Counted from the first letter of the stretch, positions 8,049 through 18,218 are shown. The stretch: DNA of 32,000 nucleotides from Bacteroidales bacterium (GCA_017526205.1 JAFXRP010000035.1:41268-73267); one strand, 5' to 3'. The notes: generated from the sequence alone by a model not told the origin. Program-made: numbers and translations.

Positions 8049-11000
8049 TTATTCGTTTTCATTTTGTTTTGGTTCATCCTTCAACTCTATTTCTGGCGTC
8101 TTGTTCTCCTCTGGAAGAACATCATCAGGAAGTTCTATGTCGAATTCCTCATCGGGGAAAAGTCCACCATCGGATTCATCCTCAACGAGATTTATCTTCA
8201 GTTTCAGCATTTCATCCTCCTGACGGGCGGCTTCCTCGGCCTCGAATATTGCTGTAAGTTTCTCTTGCGCCTCGTCCTTTATGCCATCGGTTTCGTTATC
8301 GTAGTTGCTAAGCACCGACTGCAAGGTGTGTTTTGCAGAGAAAATATCTTCCTCATCGAAATATATCTGAGCCAAAAGTATATAGCTCTTTGCCAACCAA
8401 TATGCGTGCGGAGTACTCGACTGTGCAAAGTCGTAGATTATCTCCTCGGCTATGCTGTCGTTGCCATTCTCATAATTTATCGAGGCAGTCATAAACTTCG
8501 ATTCGGCACCTTCGTAGCTGACAACCTCCTCCGACAACTTTTCAAAAAGTGTTAGGGCACGCGACTTATTGTCCTTTGCCACGAAAGCCTTAGCCATCTT
8601 GTACTGCGCCTCGCGGACATTTTCAATATTCGACCTGTCGCTGTCGATAACATCCTGTGCAGAAGTAATCACATTGTCGTAATTCTTGGCATTGTATGCA
8701 CAACGCAAGCGCCCGAGAGCAGCAACCTGCTTGGTCGATTTGTTTTCGGCAATCGGATAAAGCTTGTCGTAATAATTGTAGGAATCGTTCCAGTTTTCCT
8801 TGTCGAACAACAACGAAGCCGATTTCAAAGTGCTTTCCTCTGTATAACTGTTGGTTGGTGCATCGGCAACAATACGGTAGCTCTTCAAAGCATCGTCCTT
8901 TTCCTCGAAATAGAAATGCAATTCAGCCTTGTAATAGTTTGCCTCAATCAGATACTTGCCCTTGGGGAATTCGTTGAGATACTTGGTTATAGACTTTAAT
9001 GCATCGTTGTATTTCTTGTCAATGTAAAGTTTCTTTGCGGCAAGCCATATTATTTCATCCTGCTCGTCCTTGCTTATTTCTACACCCGAACCTTCGCTAT
9101 TTGCATATTCAATGTAAGCATCGGGCTTGTCAAGTTCAAGATAAATGGACTTGATCATATCGTTGGCATTGCTTGCATCCTCGGTTCCAGGGAACTCCGA
9201 AATTACACGCTTGTAATAATTCAAAGCGTTGTCGTAGTGCTTGCGGTTGAACTCGATTGCGCCAAGGCTCGAAAGTGCGGTACTTTTGTTTGCCGAATGC
9301 GGATAGTCGGCTATAAGCATTTCGTAATACAGCTTGGCTGAATCCTCAGCATTGAGATCGGTCTGGTACACGCGAGCTATTCCAAACATTGCATTGCTTG
9401 CATATTCGGAATTAGGATATTCGGCCAGCAGCTTCTTCAAAGCCCACACCTTTTCGTTCGACATCTTCAGACCGCCGTATGTGAGCGACATCTGGTAAAG
9501 GCTGTAGTCGGTTTCGACAAGACCAATCTTCACGGCTTTCTTGTAGTATTCTGATGCAACAGCAAAGTCGCGGTTTATATAGTAGCAGTCGCCAATACGA
9601 TTGTAGGTGTCGTTTATCACAACATTTTCCTCATCGCCCGAAATCTTTTCATACTTGCGGAACCAAGAATTTGCAATTGTATATTCCTTCTTGTCGAAAT
9701 AAGCATAGCCCAAATTGTAGTGTGCACGGCCATATTCCTCAAGACCTATTGAACCTACTGCATTTACGAATTCCTTGAACTGGTCGATTGCAATGTCGGT
9801 ATTTCCGAGACGGTAGTTTGCTTCGGCTTTCCAGTAGTGAGCCAACGATTCTATTTTTTTGTCGTATTTGCCGTATGCAAGCGACTTATCGAACATATCT
9901 ATCGCATCGGAATATTTCTGCGAAATGAAAAGTTCCTCGCCACGGATAAAAGTCAACCTTTGATATGCCATGTCAACCTTGGAATTGCGATAGTTAAGAC
10001 TTTCAATGGTGGCAATTGCACGCTGGTAGTTCTTCGCACTCATGAACGCATCGAGCAGGTAGTCGTATGCGGCTTCGGTACGCGGACTATTGGGATATTC
10101 CTCAATATATCGCGTGAATGCGTTTATCGCCTCGTTGAACGGCGAAAGCGAAAGTTCGAAGCAAAGCTGTGCAAAATTGAACAACGCATCTTCCTTTATG
10201 ACAGGATTATAGTTGTAAAGAGATGCCGTCTCGAATGCTCTGCGTGCTTCCAGTTTCTTGCCTGTTTTCAAGCAGCAGTCACCCATAAGATATGATGCGT
10301 TCTGCCCTATCGTGTCCTTGGTGCGCGTTATCTTTCCGAAATTCTTTGCAGCCTCATCGTATTGGCCATTTGAATACTGAGCGTATGCAAGTTCGTAATA
10401 GTCAAAGTCGGTTGCTGTCGAATTGGCTTCCATGTAACGCTTCAAATACGGAATAGCCTCAGCATATTTTTTAGTGCGCACATACGAGAGACCTACAATC
10501 TTTGCATTTTCGGGAGCGGCACCAACAAAGTCCTCACCATGTTCATCGGCATATTTTACAACAGCATCATAGTTCTCCTGCATGTAGTAAATCTGCAAAA
10601 TATAGAACGGCACTATTGACGAGAAAGTTGGATTGTTCTGCAATTTAAGGAATCCATTAAGTGCTGTTTGATATTGTTCGTTTATATACTTGATGTGCGA
10701 ATAGAAATACAAAGACATTGTTCCATATAATCCATCGTGATCTTTTATCTCATAAAATGCCTTTGCCGCCTCATCGAAATTTTTGCGTGCATACAAGCAA
10801 TGACCCTTCTTGAAGAAATACTCATTCTGATCCTCGGCGTCAAGGTCTGTATAGTGTACCTTGTTGTACCAAGCAAGGGCATTTTTGTACTTCTTGTCGC
10901 GGTAGTAAACATTTGCCATCGCAAACGACGCTTCGTTGATATTGTTGCTTTCTGGATGATTTATGGCAAACTGATTAAGCTGATACTCAGCATCCTTGTT

Positions 11001-11255
11001 GAACAAGTGCATCGAACACATTGCAAAGTAGAAAGCTGCATCGTCGCGATACTTTGAATTGTCAATGTCGCCATTGTTCATTATCTTGAAAAATTCATTT
11101 TGCGCGGAAACATACATTCCCTTGTCGTACAGTTCCTTGGCAGTACGATAAGAAAATTCGTCACCATCGTATTTCATAGTCTTCTGACCTGTAGTAGCAA
11201 CCGCTACAAACAGCATGAGAAGCAATGTTGCAAAGTTCCTTAGTTTCATATACAC
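8049..11255 (-). CDS. Large secreted tetratricopeptide-repeat protein (about 1068 aa) with an acidic C-terminal tail
   Basis: A signal peptide (LLLMLFVAVATTGQ) is followed by TPR-like A/Y/F-rich 34-residue periodicity along the whole length. The C-terminal roughly 90 aa are D/E-rich. An alternative start is at 11249. A TActTTTG -7 box lies at 11315-11322 (minus strand). Confidence 0.8.
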   Translation of the reverse strand: MYMKLRNFATLLLMLFVAVATTGQKTMKYDGDEFSYRTAKELYDKGMYVSAQNEFFKIMNNGDIDNSKYRDDAAFYFAMCSMHLFNKDAEYQLNQFAINHPESNNINEASFAMANVYYRDKKYKNALAWYNKVHYTDLDAEDQNEYFFKKGHCLYARKNFDEAAKAFYEIKDHDGLYGTMSLYFYSHIKYINEQYQTALNGFLKLQNNPTFSSIVPFYILQIYYMQENYDAVVKYADEHGEDFVGAAPENAKIVGLSYVRTKKYAEAIPYLKRYMEANSTATDFDYYELAYAQYSNGQYDEAAKNFGKITRTKDTIGQNASYLMGDCCLKTGKKLEARRAFETASLYNYNPVIKEDALFNFAQLCFELSLSPFNEAINAFTRYIEEYPNSPRTEAAYDYLLDAFMSAKNYQRAIATIESLNYRNSKVDMAYQRLTFIRGEELFISQKYSDAIDMFDKSLAYGKYDKKIESLAHYWKAEANYRLGNTDIAIDQFKEFVNAVGSIGLEEYGRAHYNLGYAYFDKKEYTIANSWFRKYEKISGDEENVVINDTYNRIGDCYYINRDFAVASEYYKKAVKIGLVETDYSLYQMSLTYGGLKMSNEKVWALKKLLAEYPNSEYASNAMFGIARVYQTDLNAEDSAKLYYEMLIADYPHSANKSTALSSLGAIEFNRKHYDNALNYYKRVISEFPGTEDASNANDMIKSIYLELDKPDAYIEYANSEGSGVEISKDEQDEIIWLAAKKLYIDKKYNDALKSITKYLNEFPKGKYLIEANYYKAELHFYFEEKDDALKSYRIVADAPTNSYTEESTLKSASLLFDKENWNDSYNYYDKLYPIAENKSTKQVAALGRLRCAYNAKNYDNVITSAQDVIDSDRSNIENVREAQYKMAKAFVAKDNKSRALTLFEKLSEEVVSYEGAESKFMTASINYENGNDSIAEEIIYDFAQSSTPHAYWLAKSYILLAQIYFDEEDIFSAKHTLQSVLSNYDNETDGIKDEAQEKLTAIFEAEEAARQEDEMLKLKINLVEDESDGGLFPDEEFDIELPDDVLPEENKTPEIELKDEPKQNENE

Positions 11256-11405
11256 AGTAATATTTCTATAAAAACTTGTCTATCAATACAATATTATCCT
11301 AATTTAGCAAAAATCAAAAGTAGAGTTTTTGTTAAGTCCAAAACGAACTATACACCTCTTTTAATTAACACATTGTTGTTTATTAGTATCAATCATTATA
11401 TTGCG

Positions 11406-11413
11406 TATATTTG
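11406..11413 (+). promoter_or_regulatory. -7 promoter box TAtaTTTG upstream of the ftsE-like gene
   Basis: The sequence matches TAnnTTTG exactly and lies 46 nt upstream of the ATG at 11459. No clear -33 TTTG is present. Its position argues against the ORF-track TTG start at 11411. Confidence 0.45.
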
Positions 11414-11458
11414 TGGCGTGAATACTACTTTTGTAAACTTACTTATACAAAAATATTT

Positions 11459-12280
11459 ATGGACGAAAATAGCACTTTGCTTGTTGATGTAAAGGGCCTG
11501 AACATATATCAGGACGACAAGTTGATATTGCAAAATGTAAACATACATGTCGATGTTGGCGAATTTGTTTACCTAATTGGAAAAGTCGGTAGCGGAAAGA
11601 GTAGTCTTTTGAAGACATTGTATTGCGAACTGCCTGTTGTTGAAGGAGAAGCAAATGTTGTTGGTTACGACTTGAAGAAGATAAAAAACAAAAAGATTCC
11701 GCTTCTGCGCCGCAAGATAGGTATGGTTTTTCAAGATTTCGAGCTAATGAACGACCGCTCCGTTTACGAAAATCTGCGTTTTGTACTCAAGGCCACTGGT
11801 TGGAAAGATAAGCAAGAAATTGAAACCCGTATAAACGAAGTACTAAAAAGCGTTGGAATGTTGGATAAGAAAATGTCGATGCCAGCACAACTTTCTGGTG
11901 GAGAAAGGCAGTCGGTCAGCGTGGCAAGAGCTTTACTCAACAATCCGCCTATTATCTTTGCTGATGAGCCTACTGGCAACCTGGACCCCGAAAGTGCCGA
12001 TGTTATTGTGGATTTGCTTTACAAACTTTGCCAATCCGGCAAGTCGGTACTCATGGTAACGCACAATCATGGATTTTTCCGCAAATATGCTGGACGTATT
12101 TATGCTTTCGGAAACCAGACAGTCACCGAGCAAGGCGACAACAAGATTGCAATAGCAGTTGACGACATTGATGACATTGAAACGCCCGCATCAGAAATAT
12201 TCGAAACAGAAATAAATTCAAATGTACAGCCGCAAAATTTTGCGACTCAAGAAGCAGAACCTCAAAATTTTGAACAATGA
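11459..12280 (+). CDS. ftsE: ABC-type ATPase, FtsE-like, with a roughly 55-aa low-complexity C-terminal extension
   Basis: Walker A is GKVGSGKSS, the ABC signature is LSGGERQSVSVARAL, and Walker B is IIFADEPTGNLD. The size and motifs fit the FtsE/LolD class. The tail contains a duplicated PQNF motif. The start is set at the ATG at 11459. Confidence 0.65.
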   Translation: MDENSTLLVDVKGLNIYQDDKLILQNVNIHVDVGEFVYLIGKVGSGKSSLLKTLYCELPVVEGEANVVGYDLKKIKNKKIPLLRRKIGMVFQDFELMNDRSVYENLRFVLKATGWKDKQEIETRINEVLKSVGMLDKKMSMPAQLSGGERQSVSVARALLNNPPIIFADEPTGNLDPESADVIVDLLYKLCQSGKSVLMVTHNHGFFRKYAGRIYAFGNQTVTEQGDNKIAIAVDDIDDIETPASEIFETEINSNVQPQNFATQEAEPQNFEQ

Positions 12281-13098
12281 AAAAAAGCATATTCTATATC
12301 ATAGCAATTGCAAGCCTCTCATTGCTTGCTTGCCAAAACAAAGGCTCAGAAACAACAGCAGAACCTATTGCATCAACCACCGAATGTGGCGAAAGCGACC
12401 ATCTCATAAACGCAACTTTATGGATGCAACATTCAGCTGAATATCGCGCCTGCTGTCTGCAGACCTACAAGATTGCAAAATCGGCTCTTGCAGAAAACAT
12501 CAAGACCAAACAGACCGACAAGCCAGCAGCCGTAGTTCTCGACATCGACGAGACCGTACTCGACAATTCGTACTACGAAGCATACATGGCGGCAGAAGGA
12601 ACATCGTTCAGCGATTCCACTTGGGCAATATGGACATCTAAAGCCGATGCAACCGAAGTTCCTGGAGCAATCGACTTCTTGAAATACGCCCAATCGCTCG
12701 GCGTAGAAATAATCTTCATCTCGAACCGATACCCTGAAGAATTAGAACCGACAATGGCAAACATGAAAAAGCTCGGTTTCCCAGATGTTCCATCCGAAAA
12801 TTTCTTCATGAAGGAAAAGAATGCATCAAGTTGCAAAAAAGAACGCCGGGACTTAGTTTCGGAAAAATATGAAATTGTAATGCTTGTAGGCGACAATTTA
12901 GGCGACCACTCCGAAATTTTTGATGAACGTAAGACCAAAGGCGATATGCTTGCTGAAACTGATGAAATCGTTGAATTGCTTGGCTCTCGCTACATTATAC
13001 TACCAAATCCAACCTACGGCACATGGGAAAAGCCAATCCTTGCCGACAAGGAAAAGTCGAGTCGCGAAAACCGTATCAATGCACTCAAAACATTCTAA
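12277..13098 (+). CDS. Class C acid phosphatase / 5'-nucleotidase, lipoprotein e(P4) family (HAD superfamily)
   Basis: The lipobox is LSLLAC. HAD motifs DIDETVLDNS and GDNLGD are present, and the WMQHSAEYRA segment is typical of e(P4). The start codon overlaps the ftsE-like stop codon (ATGA). Confidence 0.8.
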   Translation: MKKSIFYIIAIASLSLLACQNKGSETTAEPIASTTECGESDHLINATLWMQHSAEYRACCLQTYKIAKSALAENIKTKQTDKPAAVVLDIDETVLDNSYYEAYMAAEGTSFSDSTWAIWTSKADATEVPGAIDFLKYAQSLGVEIIFISNRYPEELEPTMANMKKLGFPDVPSENFFMKEKNASSCKKERRDLVSEKYEIVMLVGDNLGDHSEIFDERKTKGDMLAETDEIVELLGSRYIILPNPTYGTWEKPILADKEKSSRENRINALKTF

Positions 13099-13113
13099 AC
13101 GACCATTTCAACT

Positions 13114-14493
13114 ATGCACAAGTTTCTGACACTTGAAGGCATACTACTCATATTGGGATATTTGGCATTAGCCTTCCTGATTGTGTGGTTCATATCGCTT
13201 TTCAAGTACAAGAACGATGATGAAACAAAGCGGTATTTTTTTCTCGGCTTTGGTTTCAAGATGGCTTGTTGCATAGGATTTGCAGTAATATATGACTTCT
13301 ACTACCATTGGGGAGGCGATACATATTACTACTACATGGCATCACAAAGATTAGGGCAAGTCTTATTTCAAGACCCAACTTCCTACTTTAGAATAATGTT
13401 CGATACTATTGATGGCAACAACATACAAACTCTTGCTCCTGGTCTTGCATACTACCCTGTACTTCGCGACCCATCCAGATATGCTGTTCATAGATTCCTA
13501 TCGCCATTTGCAATCATTGGCGGAGAAAACTACTATACTGTAAATATTTGCCTTTCGCTGTTTCTTTTTCTGCTCAACTGGAAATTTTTCCAATACATAC
13601 GCACAAAGATAAATTGTAGCGACAAGATGACATTTATATGCATAATGCTCATTCCATCGGTTGGATTTTGGAGCTCTGCACTTATGAAGGATAGTTTTAC
13701 TTTCACATTTAACCTTGTTTTAATAATGTGCTTTGCAAAGATTTTCTTCGACAGAAAAATACGCATTTCAACTATTCTTGGCCTTGTTTTAAGTGCTTAC
13801 ATCATTATGGAACTGAAAGTATACATCCTTTATGCATCAATTGCTGGTTGTATGGTGTGGCTTGGAAGCGGATACTTGAAACGTGTAAAAAGTACACTTT
13901 TCAAATTTGTTGTTGCTCCAATACTCATACTTATTGTAGCACTCGGAGGAATGTATGCACTAAGGTTTGTTGGAGAAAGTGTTGGAGGTAAATTCAGCGA
14001 TGTTGATTCAATGCTAGGACAGGCAAGTGTAACACAGCAAGACTTAAAACAGGAATACTACCAAGGACACTCTTTCGACATCGGTGACTTCGATGGCTCT
14101 TTGGGTAGCCTCATAAGTATGGGACCTAAAGCTATAATCGCTGGACTATATCGACCTTTCATTTTTGAAAGCGACAGCGCCGTTATGCTTTTGTCTGGAC
14201 TAGAAAATACCGCTCTTTTGCTACTTACACTTTATGTATTTTTCAAGGCAGGAATAAAATACACCATTAAACAAATACTCGGTAACCCATTTGTGAGTAT
14301 GTGCTTCTTATTTTCTGTAGTTCTGGCTCTTGGTATTGGTATTTCCACTTCAAATTTTGGTGCTTTGGTAAGGTTCAAAATTCCTCTTATTCCATTATTC
14401 GCACTCGGATGGCTCGAAATATTGTTTACAAAGAGGAAAGAAGATGAAGCAAATGCAACAGAGGAAATCGAAAATACGGAAGAATCAAACTAA
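13114..14493 (+). CDS. Polytopic inner-membrane protein of unknown function (possibly Wzy/EpsG-like)
   Basis: A 459-aa ORF with roughly 10 or more hydrophobic segments, a Tyr-rich loop (HWGGDTYYYYM) and an acidic C-terminal tail. I recognise no catalytic motif. Confidence 0.5.
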   Translation: MHKFLTLEGILLILGYLALAFLIVWFISLFKYKNDDETKRYFFLGFGFKMACCIGFAVIYDFYYHWGGDTYYYYMASQRLGQVLFQDPTSYFRIMFDTIDGNNIQTLAPGLAYYPVLRDPSRYAVHRFLSPFAIIGGENYYTVNICLSLFLFLLNWKFFQYIRTKINCSDKMTFICIMLIPSVGFWSSALMKDSFTFTFNLVLIMCFAKIFFDRKIRISTILGLVLSAYIIMELKVYILYASIAGCMVWLGSGYLKRVKSTLFKFVVAPILILIVALGGMYALRFVGESVGGKFSDVDSMLGQASVTQQDLKQEYYQGHSFDIGDFDGSLGSLISMGPKAIIAGLYRPFIFESDSAVMLLSGLENTALLLLTLYVFFKAGIKYTIKQILGNPFVSMCFLFSVVLALGIGISTSNFGALVRFKIPLIPLFALGWLEILFTKRKEDEANATEEIENTEESN

Positions 14494-14497
14494 AAAC

Positions 14498-15067
14498 ATG
14501 AACGACATAATCATCCGACAAGCTACTGAAAAAGATGCAACAATTGTGGCTAAATGCGTATTGGCTGCTATGGAAATACTCGACATTGATTCTTCTATTC
14601 CTATCAACATGGAAAAGCCATTTAAAAATCTTAAAGAAGCCACACTTGATACCACTCGGTTATATAGTTGTAAAAACAGTCTTATTGCTGAAGTCAACGG
14701 AGACGCTGTCGGATGTCTAATATCCTATTGCGGAGACGATTATGCTACATTGCGCAAACGCACATTCGACATTTTATACGAAGAAAGCGGTCTCGACCTG
14801 CGCAATAATCCTATGGAAACTGGTCCTGGTGAATATTATCTCGACTGCATGGCAATTAAATCAAAATTCAGAGGTAAAGGCATTGGACATTTACTGATGA
14901 AAAAAGCAATTGAAAATGGCAAAATACTTTGTTATAAACATTTTACCCTTCTAGTCGAAAAATCACACAATCGCTTGCAGGAGTATTATGCCCAACTCGG
15001 TTTTTCTCTAATTGAAAAAATTGTGGCATTCGGATCGGAATATACCAAAATGGAATATAAGCTTTAA
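14498..15067 (+). CDS. GNAT family N-acetyltransferase
   Basis: The acetyl-CoA binding motif FRGKGIGHLLMKKAIE (R/Q-x-x-G-x-G/A) is present, and the size fits the family. The start is set at the ATG at 14498 (MNDIIIRQATEKDA), 5 nt after the upstream stop codon. Confidence 0.75.
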   Translation: MNDIIIRQATEKDATIVAKCVLAAMEILDIDSSIPINMEKPFKNLKEATLDTTRLYSCKNSLIAEVNGDAVGCLISYCGDDYATLRKRTFDILYEESGLDLRNNPMETGPGEYYLDCMAIKSKFRGKGIGHLLMKKAIENGKILCYKHFTLLVEKSHNRLQEYYAQLGFSLIEKIVAFGSEYTKMEYKL

Positions 15068-15075
15068 AACCTCTC

Positions 15076-16824
15076 TTACTCCACTATCAATACTCCGCTT
15101 ACTGCCCAATGACTGAAACTTCCTGCCTGCGGTTGGCCCATAGGAATAGCAACAGTAATAGTATGCTTGCCTGCCGGCAAATGGCTAAGGTCGAAATAGA
15201 CTGGTTGTGTTGCCGTACCTGGACACCAGCCGCTACGCGAATAGTCGCTGCTCGACATCCCATTCCAGAAGTTTCCGCTTACCGGATTAAATCTACGATA
15301 GCAACCGCAGTCCTCACGCCAAGGCGTATGCGAATAAGCTGGTTTTCCATTGATTAGGATTGTGTTGGGCTTGGGATTGAACTCGTCGCCTCCCTCCCAT
15401 CCCCCGTGTCCGGTGCTGATATAGCGCAAACGCACACTCTTTGCTTCAGGAATGTAAACATCAACCGTAAGGCTGTCGGTAGCAAAGAGTTTTCCATAGT
15501 TTTGTCCAGCCATTTCAAGTACATTGCAGGTGTTGAACAGAGGAATGCACCTACTGCCATTCGTCTCATCGTCCCAGAGTTCGCTTTCGGGATAAGATTT
15601 CAAATCGAGCGTAACCTTGTGACCGCCACCATCGTAGTTGCCAATCCAAACGCCAATCCACACCTCGCCTCGGAGCAACGATGCAAGATCGGTAACATCC
15701 TGCTTGTAATAAGTTTCGTCTGCCCACTCGAGACCGTCAATTTGTACGCGATCGTTGAAATGCCCCACTCCGAAAGGAGTGAAGAAACGCATCAGTTCAA
15801 CTGGCGGAGTATAAACCATTGACGAAACTTTATATTGTTCTAAAATGCTTACTCCAGGCATTATTCCCTGATATGTCTGTCCGTCCTTGCCTACGAATAT
15901 CGGCAATGAATCGGGATGGTTGTTGATGCCGTCGAAGAAATTTGGACAAAGGTGCTGATTTGCGCCAGAGATTACAAACACGGAGCCTGTGCGGTCGTAA
16001 GCATCGCCATTGCTGTGCTGGTGCAATTCGATGAAAGTCTGATAGTGGCTTGGCAGTTCGGGCAGATGAATGCGTTTGAGAGCAAGTGTTCCGCCAGCAT
16101 AATGCAACACACTGTCGAAAGGCAGATTGCTACGATAGTCACCATCAATATGGTCGTTTTTCTTGCCCCAGCTAAGTTGCACATCGTCGAAAATGCGCGT
16201 GGTAATTATCAATTTTTCCTTTTTCAATTGCGATAGTTGGCGCGAAGTAACACGCTGATAATTAGTATTGTTTGACATGATTTTGTCAAACTTCTTCTCG
16301 TAAGAAGTTGCTGTAAGTTGCAAATATGTCTGACCATTGCGACGGAACGCCACAACTACGCCCTTGAAACGCCCGTAATATGGCACTGGGTTTAAGTCGA
16401 ACGGATAATCCTGCACAAAAAATTCCAGCTTGTTGCTATTGATGTTACACGTGTAACAAGTTAATCCATTGGCTTTTGTGGTATCATAGTCGATGTCGGA
16501 GCGACTGAATTTCGTTGCCACCTCATAGCATTCGCCAGACGCAAAAGTTGCCCGCGCATAAGTACTGTCGGCCTCAAGGTTTACCAATGTTGACTCGTGG
16601 GCATAGCCTGGAACCATATTGCCCTCCTTCTCCTCCGAAACAATAAGATATGCAGACTTTTGAAGAACGATTTCCATAACTGATGTATCAATTGACGCAC
16701 CATAGTCATATACTTCGTAATGAAATAGGTTGGCGTTCTTTGCTATTTTTATAGGCTTTACCTGCGCGAAACACGCTGCCACAGCATGCAAAATAGCAAT
16801 TGCAAGTATAAATGTCTTTTTCAA
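15076..16824 (-). CDS. Secreted peptide-N-glycosidase F-related protein (N-terminal domain of unknown function plus a PNGase F-like C-terminal domain)
   Basis: The C-terminal part carries YISTGHGGWEGGDEF and SDYSRSGWCPG. These resemble the TISGWGHA and PDRAGWCPG segments that I recall from Elizabethkingia PNGase F. A TAccTTTG -7 box at 16846-16853 overlaps the ORF-track start, so I use the TTG at 16824. That start gives MKKTFILAIAILHAVAACFAQ, a clean signal peptide. Confidence 0.6.
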   Translation of the reverse strand: MKKTFILAIAILHAVAACFAQVKPIKIAKNANLFHYEVYDYGASIDTSVMEIVLQKSAYLIVSEEKEGNMVPGYAHESTLVNLEADSTYARATFASGECYEVATKFSRSDIDYDTTKANGLTCYTCNINSNKLEFFVQDYPFDLNPVPYYGRFKGVVVAFRRNGQTYLQLTATSYEKKFDKIMSNNTNYQRVTSRQLSQLKKEKLIITTRIFDDVQLSWGKKNDHIDGDYRSNLPFDSVLHYAGGTLALKRIHLPELPSHYQTFIELHQHSNGDAYDRTGSVFVISGANQHLCPNFFDGINNHPDSLPIFVGKDGQTYQGIMPGVSILEQYKVSSMVYTPPVELMRFFTPFGVGHFNDRVQIDGLEWADETYYKQDVTDLASLLRGEVWIGVWIGNYDGGGHKVTLDLKSYPESELWDDETNGSRCIPLFNTCNVLEMAGQNYGKLFATDSLTVDVYIPEAKSVRLRYISTGHGGWEGGDEFNPKPNTILINGKPAYSHTPWREDCGCYRRFNPVSGNFWNGMSSSDYSRSGWCPGTATQPVYFDLSHLPAGKHTITVAIPMGQPQAGSFSHWAVSGVLIVE

Positions 16825-16901
16825 GGTGTAAAAATTTTGTTGTTGCAAAGGTAAAAAAATATGGGAAGAAAGATGCTATGAGATGCTAATTACATGAAAT
16901 G

Positions 16902-18215
16902 TCAATTTTCTATGACCTGCATACGCTTAAATTCCTCGCAGAAAGCATACAAGGGAATACATTCCAACCAATCCTGGCTTATATGTGGTTTCATCGATAG
17001 GCGTATGCCACGCAAATCAGGGTGATTTTGGATAAAAGTCTTCATCGACTTTGACTGCAGGTTTTCTTCCGACTTTGCCTCCACTGGATAAACTGTAGAA
17101 CCTATTTGCACAACAAAATCAAGTTCTACCCTCGAATCCTCTGCACTATGGTAAAATACGGGCAATGCTGTTCCCATCAACTGAGCCGCTACAAACAATT
17201 CGGTAAATGCACCCTTGTATTCGCTAAAAATTTCATTGCCGACAAGTACAGCAGATGCAGGCGCATCAACCATAGCACCCATCAGACCAACATCCAGCAA
17301 AAACAACTTGAAAGCATTGGAATCCTCATAAAATTTCAATGGCATTTTTACCGCCGTTGTACGACAAATCTTATAAACAAGACCAGCATCAACCAGCCAT
17401 TGTATTGCTACTTCGAAAGCCGCTGCCCTTGCGCCTTTTTTCAATGCTCCATATATGAATTTCTTGTTTTCCTTAGCCAACTGTGATGGAATGCTCTGCC
17501 ATACCATACGGATACGTGGCACTTCGTTCTGTGGAGCATATTTGGAAAAGTCGTGTTCATAGTCGGCGAGAATCTTCTTTTGAACTTGGCGAACATCTTT
17601 CAATCCACCATTGTCAAGATATGCCAACACCGCTGCCGGCATTCCGCCCACATAATAGTATTGTCGCAACAAGTCGATATATTCCTTTTCAAGAAGATTA
17701 ATAACCGACCAATCGCCACGCAAAAGTTCATCGGCCATCTGTGTACGACCTACCGCACGAAGAAATTCCTCAAAGTTCATCGGATACAACCTGATAATGT
17801 CAACTTTGCCAACAGGAAATGAACTTTGCTTGTGCAACGATATTCCAAGCAGCGAACCAGCAACCGCTATATGTATGTCAGGCGCATCCTCACAAAAGTA
17901 TTTAAGGGCAGTAAGTGCCTGCGGACATTCTTGAATCTCATCAAGAATTATCAATGTATCATTTGGAGTAATGTCAACATTTGACAAAGCCGACAACGCT
18001 CGCAGAAGTTGTTCCACACTTCCGCCATTGGTAAAAACCTCTCGAACCTTTTCGTGTCGGTCGAGACTAAACATAACCTTCTTCTTGTATTCTCGTTTTG
18101 CAAACTCATTCAGCAGCCATGTTTTTCCAACCTGTCTGGCACCGTTTACAATCAAAGGCTTTCTATTTTTACTATTCTTCCATTGTATCAATAAGTTATA
18201 CCCTATTCTCTCCAT
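16902..18215 (-). CDS. AAA ATPase (AAA_14-like) fused to a DUF4143-type C-terminal domain with a D..ExK nuclease-like motif
   Basis: Walker A is GARQVGKTWL and Walker B is LIILDEIQ. The C-terminal VELDFVVQIGSTVYPVEAKS fits a PD-(D/E)xK pattern. The start is set at the ATG at 18215 (MERIGYNLL...), because a full promoter at 18249-18279 lies inside the longer ORF-track version. Confidence 0.75.
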   Translation of the reverse strand: MERIGYNLLIQWKNSKNRKPLIVNGARQVGKTWLLNEFAKREYKKKVMFSLDRHEKVREVFTNGGSVEQLLRALSALSNVDITPNDTLIILDEIQECPQALTALKYFCEDAPDIHIAVAGSLLGISLHKQSSFPVGKVDIIRLYPMNFEEFLRAVGRTQMADELLRGDWSVINLLEKEYIDLLRQYYYVGGMPAAVLAYLDNGGLKDVRQVQKKILADYEHDFSKYAPQNEVPRIRMVWQSIPSQLAKENKKFIYGALKKGARAAAFEVAIQWLVDAGLVYKICRTTAVKMPLKFYEDSNAFKLFLLDVGLMGAMVDAPASAVLVGNEIFSEYKGAFTELFVAAQLMGTALPVFYHSAEDSRVELDFVVQIGSTVYPVEAKSEENLQSKSMKTFIQNHPDLRGIRLSMKPHISQDWLECIPLYAFCEEFKRMQVIEN

Positions 18216-18218
18216 AGT

